A stretch of 46,611 nucleotides of DNA from an uncultured Candidatus Bathyarchaeia archaeon (lineage in GTDB: Archaea; Thermoproteota; Bathyarchaeia; Bathyarchaeales; Bathycorpusculaceae), in assembly GCA_964450845.1 (NCBI GenBank), contig CAYVGZ010000005.1, positions 1-46,611 of the forward strand, read 5' to 3'. Shown here piece after piece: positions 1-9,546 of the stretch; the first letter of the stretch is position 1; every line of letters begins with the position of its first letter. The notes beneath the pieces are model-generated. The model saw nothing but the letters and a program-made list of their open reading frames with translations. It did not search any database and was not told where the DNA came from. A program made the position numbers and the translations under genes.

Positions 1-1268
1 TGTTTCATGGTTGCAGCATTTTGAGAGGCTAAGCTTAGAAGCTGAACAGAATATCTAAGAGAAGACTTGACTCCTATCTCAGTCAGTCTCTCTAAAGCAG
101 CGTCATCTAGAACTGCTTTTTCTTCGCCCGCTCTAATGTGCAGAATTTCCTTTATGCTCTCCCCATCATACTCGCTGGTAGCTATTATGACTGAACGATC
201 TACAAGATCCAGTGGAAAACCCAATGGACTTTTGACGTCTGTGCCACGAATTGTTGTAACGCCCCTGTTTGTCGCCAAAATGATTATCGGGACAAGCTCG
301 CTTTCCAAAGCTCGACCAAGAAAACTGAACGCCTCCAAATCTAGCAAGTGGCTGTCATCAATGAATAGAACGCCTGGATGAATAAACGCGTTACCTTCGT
401 CAACAAGTTTTTTGACAGATTCATCGACAGCCGTTCTGATTTCAGTGTCTATCTCTTTGGTTTCAGCACCACCGAAAAAGAGCGAAAACATGCTACCGCC
501 CGCTCGGTTTCTAGCGTTTATTTCATCCATTCCCGCAAGAGTAAGCATATAAACGAATTCCTTCTCCTTCAATACGTCGCCTGTGGGTCTAGGAACCTTC
601 TCGCTAGTGTCGACATCGTAAGTTTTGCCTTTCGCGCTTTCTAAGCTCAGTCCCAAGTTTGCAATTCTGCCAGTTTCAGCATCGATTTGGATAATGTAGC
701 CTTCAGTTATTCCCTGCTGAATTATTTGCTGTGCAATAGAGGCACCTGCCTCAATGGTTTTTTCCTGGTTATTGGTTTTCAAGGTTATTCGCACGCTTTC
801 TGGAACCTTTTGATATGGGTTATAAGGATGCGACGTGGTTCGCACATCGACGTTTACAACTTCGCCTTCGTACACCTTGCGCATTTCATGTATTTCAACG
901 CCGATGCATTTTCTAATAGCCTCAATCAAAACTTCAGTCTTCTTGCGCTCGCTACTGTAGATTTCGCTACCACTCATCTGAATGAAAGGAACGTTGGCGC
1001 CCAATTCTCGAGAAACAGCCACGGCAATGGCAGTCTTGCCAGTTCCCGGAGGACCAGCCAAAATCACGGTTTTCCCACTCAACTTTCCTTCTTTAATCAT
1101 CTGAACCACTAGACCCGCCGCTTCTCGAGCCTTCTCTTGACCTACCATGCCATCCTTAACCTTGACGGCTTTCAAGTTTTTGTCCAAGCCCAAGCCCTTA
1201 ATGTGAGTGTGAGACCCTACACGTTCGAAGCGGCTGGGTTTTGTAGGCACTTCTTTTATTGTAGGCAT
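1..1268 (-). CDS. TIP49/RuvB-like AAA+ helicase, 3'-partial (runs off the window's left edge)
   Basis: Not in the ORF track because it has no stop in the window. Manual translation from ATG at 1268: MPTIKEVPTKPSRFERVGSHTHIKGLGLD...GMVGQEKAREAAG...Walker A GPPGTGKT...SGSEIYSSE...Walker B PGVLFIDDSHLLDLEAFSFLGRALESELVPIIILATNRG. These are typical TIP49 motifs. Confidence 0.93.
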   Translation of the reverse strand, partial: MPTIKEVPTKPSRFERVGSHTHIKGLGLDKNLKAVKVKDGMVGQEKAREAAGLVVQMIKEGKLSGKTVILAGPPGTGKTAIAVAVSRELGANVPFIQMSGSEIYSSERKKTEVLIEAIRKCIGVEIHEMRKVYEGEVVNVDVRTTSHPYNPYQKVPESVRITLKTNNQEKTIEAGASIAQQIIQQGITEGYIIQIDAETGRIANLGLSLESAKGKTYDVDTSEKVPRPTGDVLKEKEFVYMLTLAGMDEINARNRAGGSMFSLFFGGAETKEIDTEIRTAVDESVKKLVDEGNAFIHPGVLFIDDSHLLDLEAFSFLGRALESELVPIIILATNRGVTTIRGTDVKSPLGFPLDLVDRSVIIATSEYDGESIKEILHIRAGEEKAVLDDAALERLTEIGVKSSLRYSVQLLSLASQNAATMK

Positions 1269-1354
1269 AAAAATCCCCTAGATTATTTTCCAATTTTCTA
1301 TTTTGTGCAACCATTTTGAGAAATAAAAATTTATCGTTTTTCAAAAGATACAAA

Positions 1355-1894
1355 CTAAGTTAGCTTATCTAGTATATCCTTTCCAATGTTGTCTTCGCCT
1401 ATTTTGAAGGTTTCAGGCTCTTCTATTTTCAATATGACTTTTAAGGCTCCAGAGTCAAGTTCGCTGACAAGCGCCAATATTTCTCTTTTAGCTAATTCAA
1501 GATGTTTTTTCAGGGTCCCCTTATTCTTGTATAGTACTCCAGCCAATGGACAGATTTTTTCCGTTTTCAGGTGCCATTCAATTTTTTGGTTTTTTATGTT
1601 TATGTCAAACGTTATAGGACCCGCAATGCATGTTTCTGGCTTTACTGAATGAATGAGGCACTTTCCAGTTTTCTTATCATAAAATATGCAATATTCTTCT
1701 GCGTCCTCTTTTGGAAAAACGTATTCTGCTTGAACAAAAGGATTGCCAAAGGGAATTTTTTGCTTCTTTAAGTAAGCTTCTATAATTTGTTTACGTTTAA
1801 TGGTTAGTGGGGGCCTAGCATTTCGACAACAAGCGCCTCCGCATTGGCTACAAACGTCGAAAAAACTGTTCTCTCTTCTGCTTTGGGTTAGCAT
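1355..1894 (-). CDS. YkgJ-family (CxxCxxCC) putative Zn/Fe-chelating cysteine-cluster protein
   Basis: CSQCGGACC near the N terminus, then CIFYD...CLIHSVKPETC...CPL, the usual YkgJ/FliB-like cysteine pattern. Confidence 0.8.
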   Translation of the reverse strand: MLTQSRRENSFFDVCSQCGGACCRNARPPLTIKRKQIIEAYLKKQKIPFGNPFVQAEYVFPKEDAEEYCIFYDKKTGKCLIHSVKPETCIAGPITFDINIKNQKIEWHLKTEKICPLAGVLYKNKGTLKKHLELAKREILALVSELDSGALKVILKIEEPETFKIGEDNIGKDILDKLT

Positions 1895-1914
1895 AAGGGC
1901 AACGCCATCATTTT

Positions 1915-3084
1915 TCAGAAATAGGGTTGATTATCAATAAGGCTCTTTATAAGCATTGAGTAAACATTGATTGCTGCTTCTTCAAAATCTGTTCTTTGAG
2001 CTTTTCTCTGAACTCTTTCTCGTATAATCTCCGACAAATTCCCACGTTCTATTCTTTTCTGTATTATCGAAAGATACTTCTTCTCTTCTTCTGTCGCATT
2101 TCCCCAAGCAATCCTGAGGAACCGCTGACAGACTTGGCGTGCCGTTTGTCCATTTGGATGTGCAACTTTTGCGTCTAACCCCATTCTTACAACCGAATTA
2201 AAATCTTTTACCAAAATTTCGTGCGGCAGAAATTTAGCTTTTCTTTCTATGAGTCCCCTAAGCAGTGCTCTTATAAAACAACTTAATGCAACATCCGACT
2301 TAACGCATTCCTGTTCATCCATCACACGTATCTCTATGGCTTTCCTGTCAAACCTAAAGACTGCTCCACGCGAGTTAACCCAATCCTTAAAGAGAAGACA
2401 CTCATCCACTCCAGCACGCGCCAAGTCCAGCGAATACGTCTCAATAATTTCCTTTTCATACTGCCCAAATGAGGACACATATTCTGGAATCACATCTCCA
2501 GTTACCGAAGAAACTTCCTTCTGGTTCAGCATATAAAAAAGCAATCTGTTATCAACATTTTCTCCAAATTTTCCTTCATAAATGGGAGACGAAGCCGAGA
2601 TTGCTGGCAAGTAAGCACAAATCTCCGAGAGCATGTTATGCATGAGAATAGCGTTTTCTTGGTTGGAGTATGGAATGTTTAATTGAAAGCTCTGGACGTT
2701 GAGCCATCCATGCTGATTCAGGTTGAAGACTTTACTGTAAGCTTCGTAAATTTTCCTATGACGGTGAGGCCAAACTCCAGTCTCTTCAAGTTTAAGTAAA
2801 GGGTGCATGCCTGCTCCAAGGAGATGCGCCCTATATTTGGTTTCTAAAAAATCTGTGAGAGTCAAAACTGCCCCGTGCATGATTTCCTCGAAGTTTTCAG
2901 GCGATCTGAAAGGCGTGTTGGGTTTAATTTCCATAACATGTAACTGGATTTCTTTTCCAAAAGTGAAGTTTGACAACTCTACAAAATTCACAACACGCCC
3001 ATGGAAATCTTTTATGACTTTGTCCACGATGGGCAAAGCGTTTAGTTCTTCGTTAACCAATGAAAATTCATGTTCTGGGCCCAA
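1915..3084 (-). CDS. Glutamate-cysteine ligase family 2 (GCS2) / carboxylate-amine ligase; true start uncertain
   Basis: GPEHEF, ELQ-like EIQLHVMEIK, GAGMHP, HGWLNVQSFQLNIP, SASSP, RFDRKAIEIRVMDEQEC motifs. The frame stays open for 8 more plausible codons (GTYKTLEV) upstream of the TTG. Confidence 0.82.
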   Translation of the reverse strand: MGPEHEFSLVNEELNALPIVDKVIKDFHGRVVNFVELSNFTFGKEIQLHVMEIKPNTPFRSPENFEEIMHGAVLTLTDFLETKYRAHLLGAGMHPLLKLEETGVWPHRHRKIYEAYSKVFNLNQHGWLNVQSFQLNIPYSNQENAILMHNMLSEICAYLPAISASSPIYEGKFGENVDNRLLFYMLNQKEVSSVTGDVIPEYVSSFGQYEKEIIETYSLDLARAGVDECLLFKDWVNSRGAVFRFDRKAIEIRVMDEQECVKSDVALSCFIRALLRGLIERKAKFLPHEILVKDFNSVVRMGLDAKVAHPNGQTARQVCQRFLRIAWGNATEEEKKYLSIIQKRIERGNLSEIIRERVQRKAQRTDFEEAAINVYSMLIKSLIDNQPYF

Positions 3085-3170
3085 GACCTCTAGGGTTTTA
3101 TACGTACCAGTTCCTCTTTCAGTCTATTTGGTTTCGGAATGCGAATATAAATGTACAGTTAATCTTAAAT

Positions 3171-3908
3171 ATGACTGTTGCAATACCGTGCATTCAATCA
3201 TCTGGTGTCACATTGGTGTTGGTCGTATCAAACATCGACCTAACGGCAGATTTGCCTATAATGAATCCATCGACGTTTCTCGAGTCGTCAATTAAAGATT
3301 TCACTCTCAACATCAATAACGATTATCGGTATCTCAAAACAGGATATTACGTATCTCTACATGCGGAGATTTTGGGCAATCAGGTAATTCCTTCAAGTGA
3401 AAACATAATTGACGCCTACAGAACGCCCATTCTTTTGCTCAGAGCCTCAAAGGCTGGAATTCCAACAATGCCTTACTTAGTAACGGGCTCAGTGAAGCAG
3501 ATAATCTCTGAATTCAATTTTCCAGTGGTTATCTTTGCTGTCAACCCATTCTCTTACAATGGCTTCAAGATAGCAAAAAACAGAAGCGCCCTTTACCGAG
3601 CGGTAAAGAGTTTAGGTATGAACTACAAATTCGATGTTTGCGCACAACCCCTAAAAGGCGAAATGATTTCGCTTAAATCCATCTTCGGAAAATGCGAATT
3701 GGACGGAGATGCAAGCAAAATCTCAGAGAAAATATACGAGGTCTTCAAGATTCCAATTTGCAAGTTACACATTCAACGCGTCCAAGAAAAAGCTTACTTG
3801 TGCGGGTTTCAACCACTAAAAAATGAAGAACTCTGCCCGCGCGACTTGAAAATAATCTCTAAAGAAATTTCTCAAATTTCCAAAAATGGTGAAAACTTAG
3901 TTGGCTAG
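3171..3908 (+). CDS. RimK-like ATP-grasp N-terminal (RLAN) domain protein with a degenerate ATP-grasp-like C-terminal part
   Basis: NINNDYRYLKTGYYVSLHAE..GNQVIPS matches the RLAN pattern. The track start at 3060 overlaps the divergent gene, so ATG 3171 or a nearby TTG/GTG is more plausible. Confidence 0.72.
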   Translation: MTVAIPCIQSSGVTLVLVVSNIDLTADLPIMNPSTFLESSIKDFTLNINNDYRYLKTGYYVSLHAEILGNQVIPSSENIIDAYRTPILLLRASKAGIPTMPYLVTGSVKQIISEFNFPVVIFAVNPFSYNGFKIAKNRSALYRAVKSLGMNYKFDVCAQPLKGEMISLKSIFGKCELDGDASKISEKIYEVFKIPICKLHIQRVQEKAYLCGFQPLKNEELCPRDLKIISKEISQISKNGENLVG

Positions 3909-4779
3909 TATAGCCTGTTTTGTTGAGAAGTATAATTTTACAGACCCAAAAGAAGCTAAAGCCCTCCAGAATTTCAAGACTGCCGCAGAAACAATGGGTC
4001 ACAAATTCGATTTTATGTTTAGAGAAAACCTCCTCGAAATTCCAAAATACGACGCTGTCTTCATCAGAGCAACAACAGACCCCCTTTTCACCGCCTACAT
4101 AGTTTCTAAAACAGCATGGGAACTAGGCCTAAAAGTCGTTGATGATCCAAAGTCAATTCAGATTTGCGGAAACAAAATTCATCTGTACGAACTTTTCAAA
4201 AAATACGACGTCCCTAACATCCCAACAGTTTTCATAAACAAGGATGAACTGCACCATAAACGAATCTTGGAGATTTTCAGAACCTTCGGAAGACCAGTCG
4301 TGGTTAAAGCGCCGTACACAAGCTTCTCTAAGTATGTGGAAAAAGTTGCTTGTGAAACAAGTTTTCGCGAAGTTGCTAAGAGATTTTTCAGGAAATCTGA
4401 TGTTTTGGTTGCGCAGAAGTTTATGCCCTCAGCCTTCGATTGGAGAGTTGGGGTCTTAAATGGCGAGGTCTTGTACGTATGTAAGTATATGGTGCCTAAA
4501 GGCAGATGGAAACACGGCGCCAAACGCAGAGGCAAGCCTAGCTTCATTTGGGGCAGAACAATATCGCTCAAAAGAGAAAACGCACCCGTGAAACTGAAAG
4601 AAACGGCTTTGAAAGCGTGCGAAGTAGTTGGACGTGGACTTTACGGAGTAGACATCAAAGAAATTAACGGCGATTACATTGTAGTGGAAGTGAATGATAA
4701 CCCAAGTATTTACGCGGGCCATGAAGACCTAAGAGATGAGGATTTGTACAGCAAAATAGTAGCCTATTTAGTTGACTAG
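3901..4779 (+). CDS. RimK-family ATP-grasp ligase
   Basis: FIRATT, VVDDPKSIQICGNK, PVVVKAPYTSFSKYVEK, QKFMPSAFDWRVGVL, YGVDIK, VEVNDNPSI. Overlaps the RLAN gene by 8 nt, indicating an operon. Confidence 0.88.
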   Translation: MASIACFVEKYNFTDPKEAKALQNFKTAAETMGHKFDFMFRENLLEIPKYDAVFIRATTDPLFTAYIVSKTAWELGLKVVDDPKSIQICGNKIHLYELFKKYDVPNIPTVFINKDELHHKRILEIFRTFGRPVVVKAPYTSFSKYVEKVACETSFREVAKRFFRKSDVLVAQKFMPSAFDWRVGVLNGEVLYVCKYMVPKGRWKHGAKRRGKPSFIWGRTISLKRENAPVKLKETALKACEVVGRGLYGVDIKEINGDYIVVEVNDNPSIYAGHEDLRDEDLYSKIVAYLVD

Positions 4780-4896
4780 CAATACATGAAAACTTGACCG
4801 CCCCCTAAACCACTTTTATAGGTTTAATGCTTAAGGGATAGTTTAATAAAGCTAAAATTTGAAGTTTCTGAATTACCAGTTAAAGGAGAAAATTGC

Positions 4897-5832
4897 ATGT
4901 TGAAAAATGTTGTTGAAGACCATACTTTTTTTGAGGGCATGTCTGTGGACGAGCTTGTTTTGCAGATGGAAAAGGCTTGGGGTTTCACGGCTGGTAAGCT
5001 GGCTTTGGGTGTGAGAATTTTGGAGAACATGATTAAGGATAGGAGTTGTGTGAAGTTTCTTTCTTTTACAGGAAACCTTGTGGCTACGGGAACCAGAGGC
5101 GTTTTGAAAGAACTTGTTAAGCGTAATCTTGTTGATGTTGTAGTTACAACTTGCGGAACGCTCGATCATGATATTGCCAGGAGTTGGGAAAAATATTACA
5201 AGGGCTCGTTCGAAATGGATGATGCTAAACTTCGTAAAAAGGGCATAAACCGCTTGGGAAATGTTCTGGTTCCGAACGAGTGTTACGGGATAGTAATCGA
5301 AAACAAAATGCAAGTGCTACTTCAAAGTCTGTGGAAAGAAGGCGTCAAGGAAGTTTCATCTAATCAAATGTGCCGAGAAATAGGAAAAAGAATCTGTAAC
5401 GAAAGTTCCATCCTCTACTGGGCAGCCAAAAACAACATACCCGTTTACGTACCTGGCATTACAGACGGTGCTGTAGGATACCATTTATGGTTTTTTTCAC
5501 AAGATCATGACTTCAAAGTTAATTTGCTAAAGGATTCTGGAGAATTAAATGACATTGTTTTCACGGCGAAGAAGACGGGCGCTTTAATAGTGGGCGGCGG
5601 CATTTCAAAACATCATACGCTTTGGTGGAACCAGTTTAAAGAAGGATTAGACTATGCAATATACATTAGCACAGCCGTAGAATGGGACGGTAGCCTCTCT
5701 GGTGCAAGACCCCGAGAAGCAGTTTCGTGGAAAAAGATAAATGAAAAGGCTGAGCGCATTATGATTGAGGGCGATGCTTCACTAATCCTGCCAATAATGG
5801 TAGGTTCGCTCATAACTAGGTTAGGCGCTTAG
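4897..5832 (+). CDS. dys: Deoxyhypusine synthase
   Basis: FTGNLVATG, VTTCGTLDHD, NRLGNV, ITDGAVG, GGGISKHH, EWDGSLSGARPREAVSW. AAGGAGA RBS upstream. Confidence 0.95.
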   Translation: MLKNVVEDHTFFEGMSVDELVLQMEKAWGFTAGKLALGVRILENMIKDRSCVKFLSFTGNLVATGTRGVLKELVKRNLVDVVVTTCGTLDHDIARSWEKYYKGSFEMDDAKLRKKGINRLGNVLVPNECYGIVIENKMQVLLQSLWKEGVKEVSSNQMCREIGKRICNESSILYWAAKNNIPVYVPGITDGAVGYHLWFFSQDHDFKVNLLKDSGELNDIVFTAKKTGALIVGGGISKHHTLWWNQFKEGLDYAIYISTAVEWDGSLSGARPREAVSWKKINEKAERIMIEGDASLILPIMVGSLITRLGA

Positions 5833-5847
5833 TCTAAAGCTGATGGG

Positions 5848-6528
5848 GTGAAAAAATTGCAGATTTCAAGAGAAGAACTAGCCAAAATGATAGATTCAAC
5901 GAATGTTAAGGCAGTTGCCACAAAAAGCGAAGTTGAAAAATTATGCAAAGAAGCCGTTAAGTATGGTTTTCGATGTGCTGTTGTTAACCCTGTTTACGTG
6001 AAATTTGCAGCAAAACTGTTGGAGGGCTCGGATGTTAAGGTTTGCTCAACTGTGGGTTTTCCGTTTGGTGTTTCTCTGTCAGAAATAAAGGCTTTGGAAG
6101 CGGTCAAAGCTGTGGAGGATGGCGCGGAAGAATTGGACATGGTCATTAATTTGAGTGCATTGAAATCTGGTGATTATGAGTTTGTAAAGCGTGATGTTGC
6201 GGCGGTTGTAGATGTTAAACGCTTGTCTAGGGAGATAATCGTTAAAGTCATTATTGAAACTGCCTACTTAACAAATGATGAAAAAATAATCGCGTGCAAA
6301 CTCGCCAAAGAGGCTGGAGCTGACTTTGTGAAAACGTCAACTGGCTTGTTTGGTAAGGGAGCAACTGTTGAAGATGTTAGGTTGATGCGGCAAACCGTAG
6401 GCAAGAACATGGGTGTCAAAGCAGCAGGCGGCGTAAGAACATACGCTGATGCAGTAACCATTATTGAGGCTGGTGCAAACCGCATAGGAACAAGCACGGC
6501 AGTTGCAATAATGGAAGGAGCACCTTAA
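5848..6528 (+). CDS. deoC: Deoxyribose-phosphate aldolase
   Basis: VGFPFG, GAEELDMVIN, KVIIET, ADFVKTSTG (Schiff-base Lys), GVKAAGGVR, RIGTS. Confidence 0.95.
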   Translation: MKKLQISREELAKMIDSTNVKAVATKSEVEKLCKEAVKYGFRCAVVNPVYVKFAAKLLEGSDVKVCSTVGFPFGVSLSEIKALEAVKAVEDGAEELDMVINLSALKSGDYEFVKRDVAAVVDVKRLSREIIVKVIIETAYLTNDEKIIACKLAKEAGADFVKTSTGLFGKGATVEDVRLMRQTVGKNMGVKAAGGVRTYADAVTIIEAGANRIGTSTAVAIMEGAP

Positions 6529-6531
6529 ACT

Positions 6532-8496
6532 TTACATTTTTTCAGGCGCCACTATGCCAATGAGGTTAAGCGCGTTTCTTAACACAATTCTTACGGCGTC
6601 AACTAAGGCAAGTCTTGCGTCGCTAAGCCCTTGTGGTTCAGCCTTTATCACAGACAACGCGTTGTAAAACGTGTTGAACTTGTCAGCCAAGCCATTTGCA
6701 TAGTCAGCAATCGAATTGGGCTTGAGAAATTCTGTTGCTTCGATGAAAACATTTGGGAAGCTCGCTAAATCCAAAACTATTTCGTGTTCTATTTTCTCTT
6801 TTAGCAGTTCATAGGCTGGTTTTTCTGGTTTTCTTACCGCTTTTCTTAGGATGCTGCAGGCTCTTGCATGAGTGTATTGGATGTAAGGTGCACTGTTTGT
6901 TTCGAAGTTCAGTACTCTGTCCCACGTGAACATGACGGTTTTTCCAGTGTCAACCTCTATAAGCGCGTAGCGTACTGCGCCGACGCCTACAAATTCTGCA
7001 ATCTTCTGTTTCTCCTCTTTGGACAATTGCGGAGACCGCTTCGAAACTTCTTCGAAAGCCCTCCACACCGCTTCGTTCATCACTTCGTCAAAGGCAATGT
7101 AGTGACCCCTTCGGCTGGACATCTTGTAACCCGGAAGTGTGACAAGGTTGTAGGCGAAGTGAACAAGATTGTCTGCGAGCATACCGTGCCCCAAAGCGTA
7201 CAAAGCAATCTTCAACTGCAACTGAGCCAACATCTGATCCATCCCTATAACGTTAATCACCTTATCTGCCCGCTCGAACTTCCACAAATGGTAAGCCACA
7301 TCCCTCGTAGTGTAAAGCGTCGTGCCATCTGCACGCACAAGCGTCAACGGCGGAACCTCATAATCCTCACGTAAACCAAGTTTCGCCTTTAGATCGAGAG
7401 CTTCTACAGCCTTTTCCGCATCAAACTCTAAAACTCCACCTTTCTCATAAACATACGGCGACTTTTCTAAACTATGAAGGGCTCTTGCGACGCTGCCGTT
7501 CCACACGAAATCGCCTTCCCAATCCCACGAATCATAAGAAACCCCTATCCTGCTCAGTGTTTTTCTGAAACCGTCCAAGCACAATTCGCTGACTTCTCTA
7601 ATGAGTCGTTTGGCTTTCTCGTCTCCAGCCTCGTACGCTCGGTTCAGCTTGCTAATCGCGCTTTCGGAGTCTTCATCTTTACTTATTTTTGCGAGGAGTT
7701 CTTCGAAGAGTTGTGGATGCTTGCCCTTTAACTCTGCTGCTATTGAAACCCACTCGTCTAGTTCTCTGTTGATTTTGATGACCTCGTCTTCAGCGTTAAC
7801 CCTCTTGGCGCGTTCAAGTTCTTTCTTTAAACGGTTGATTTCAACAATACAGCTTGTGATTGTGTAGACTTGTCCTACGTAATGGTCGGGTTTTCCCTCA
7901 AGCTTAGTCTTGCCCAACTTCAAGTAACCGTAAGCCAGTACTGAGGATTGCCGTCCAACATCATCTATGTAGTAATGACGCGAAACGTTGTGCCCCCTGG
8001 CGCTGAGCAGCCTAGCAATGGTGTCTCCTAACATGGGGTTTCGAGCGTGCCCAATGTGTATTGGATGCAACGGGTTGGCGCTTGTGTGCTCTACAATAAT
8101 TTTCAAAGGCTTTTCAGTTTTAACAAAGCCATATTCAGCGTCAAGTTGCCCAACTGATTCAATGGTTAAGGCTGAAAACTTCTCAAAATCCAAATGAAAG
8201 TTTATGTATCCTCCTCCAGCAGGGGCAACACGTTCGATTAAAGAAAACTTTGACTTATCCATAGATTTGACTAAACGCTTAGCCAAAGCAAGAGGCTTCT
8301 CACCCAACTGTTTACCAAGTTCAAAACACAATGAAGAAGCCAGTTGCCCAAACTCTGAAGCTGGCGGCTTTTCTAACGCTAGATTCGCTATTTGAATTTC
8401 CGGAAAAACCTTCTTAAGAGCGTCTCCTAAAACAGTCTCACATTCTACGCGAAATTGAGCAAACGGGTTTTCTGAAACCACTAACACGTTCCCCAT
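6532..8496 (-). CDS. argS: Arginyl-tRNA synthetase
   Basis: EHTSANPLHPIHIGHARN (HIGH motif), RADGTTLYTTRD, KMSSRRG, YIQYTHAR, C-terminal anticodon-binding GIVAPEKM. Confidence 0.97.
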   Translation of the reverse strand: MGNVLVVSENPFAQFRVECETVLGDALKKVFPEIQIANLALEKPPASEFGQLASSLCFELGKQLGEKPLALAKRLVKSMDKSKFSLIERVAPAGGGYINFHLDFEKFSALTIESVGQLDAEYGFVKTEKPLKIIVEHTSANPLHPIHIGHARNPMLGDTIARLLSARGHNVSRHYYIDDVGRQSSVLAYGYLKLGKTKLEGKPDHYVGQVYTITSCIVEINRLKKELERAKRVNAEDEVIKINRELDEWVSIAAELKGKHPQLFEELLAKISKDEDSESAISKLNRAYEAGDEKAKRLIREVSELCLDGFRKTLSRIGVSYDSWDWEGDFVWNGSVARALHSLEKSPYVYEKGGVLEFDAEKAVEALDLKAKLGLREDYEVPPLTLVRADGTTLYTTRDVAYHLWKFERADKVINVIGMDQMLAQLQLKIALYALGHGMLADNLVHFAYNLVTLPGYKMSSRRGHYIAFDEVMNEAVWRAFEEVSKRSPQLSKEEKQKIAEFVGVGAVRYALIEVDTGKTVMFTWDRVLNFETNSAPYIQYTHARACSILRKAVRKPEKPAYELLKEKIEHEIVLDLASFPNVFIEATEFLKPNSIADYANGLADKFNTFYNALSVIKAEPQGLSDARLALVDAVRIVLRNALNLIGIVAPEKM

Positions 8497-8584
8497 TTTT
8501 TCTAAATTCTCTAAACCTTTAAGAGGAGAGGTTATATTTTAATTTGAAAATTACCGCTTCATTACTGTATGGACGTAAACACCC

Positions 8585-9433
8585 ATGAAAACAAAAATAA
8601 TCTTTTCAGAAAAATGCCTAGGCTATGGACAATGGCACATAGAAGGACCTGAAAGAGTCAGAAAAGCTGCTGAGGTTTTGAAGGGGTTGGGTTACGAGTT
8701 TTTAGAGCCTACACCTGCCAGCGAGGACGACTTGCTCAAGGTGCATAACACGGATTATGTTTGGAATGTTAAGAAAAGCCTAGTTGACGACCCAGACACA
8801 CCCGCATATGACAATATTTACGAGTTTGCAAGGCTTTCAGCTGGCGGCGCCATTCTCGCTGCCAAGGTTGGAGGATTTTCAATTATGCGTCCGCCAGGGC
8901 ACCATGCTGGAAGAAACGGTGCAGCACTTGGAGTGTACACACGGGGATTCTGCTATTTTAACAACATTGCAATAGCCATCAAACATGAGGGTAAGCGTAC
9001 GTTGATTTTGGACATTGATGGACATCATGGAAATGGGACACAGGAAATTTTTCTTAACGATGAAAATATGACTTACGTGTCTTTGCATACGCATCCAAAT
9101 TATCCAAGCACAGGAGTAGTTTCTGAGGCGAATTGTTTGAATTTTCCGTTGCCGCCTGACTGCGGAGACGAAGAATACGTAAGAACGCTTGATAAGGCGT
9201 TGAGTTCGGTTGATGTGGATAGGTTTGAGATGGTTGCGGTTTCGGCTGGTTTTGATACGCATGCTGGCGATTTGGCTTCGCTTGGATTAACTGAAAAAGG
9301 CTACAGAGAAATCGGCGAGCGAATTGCTGGATTAAAGAAGCCCACGTTTTTCGTTTTGGAAGGCGGATATCAAGGCGAAAACGTGGGAAAAGACATAAAC
9401 ACACTGCTAAAAGCCTACGAAACTCAAACATGA
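8585..9433 (+). CDS. Histone deacetylase / acetylpolyamine amidohydrolase family Zn hydrolase (compact form)
   Basis: RPPGHH, GFCYFNN, DIDGHHGNG, SAGFD, LEGGY. Confidence 0.92.
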   Translation: MKTKIIFSEKCLGYGQWHIEGPERVRKAAEVLKGLGYEFLEPTPASEDDLLKVHNTDYVWNVKKSLVDDPDTPAYDNIYEFARLSAGGAILAAKVGGFSIMRPPGHHAGRNGAALGVYTRGFCYFNNIAIAIKHEGKRTLILDIDGHHGNGTQEIFLNDENMTYVSLHTHPNYPSTGVVSEANCLNFPLPPDCGDEEYVRTLDKALSSVDVDRFEMVAVSAGFDTHAGDLASLGLTEKGYREIGERIAGLKKPTFFVLEGGYQGENVGKDINTLLKAYETQT

Positions 9434-9546
9434 GCCGTGCGAAGAAATCACGGATTGAACAAAACAAGCTTAAATCTAAACTGAAATTGAAGCCAAAATT
9501 CAAGGTATATATAAGGGGGGTCTAGACACGACGGAGAGCTAGAGTA

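Noticed and set aside
67-1319. Four plus-strand ORFs (67, 378, 687, 1137)
   Set aside because: They are antisense shadows of the TIP49 gene on the minus strand, which the track missed because it has no stop in the window.
3060-3170. Extended N terminus of the RLAN ORF
   Set aside because: It overlaps the divergent GCS2 start and the shared promoter; a later start is more plausible.
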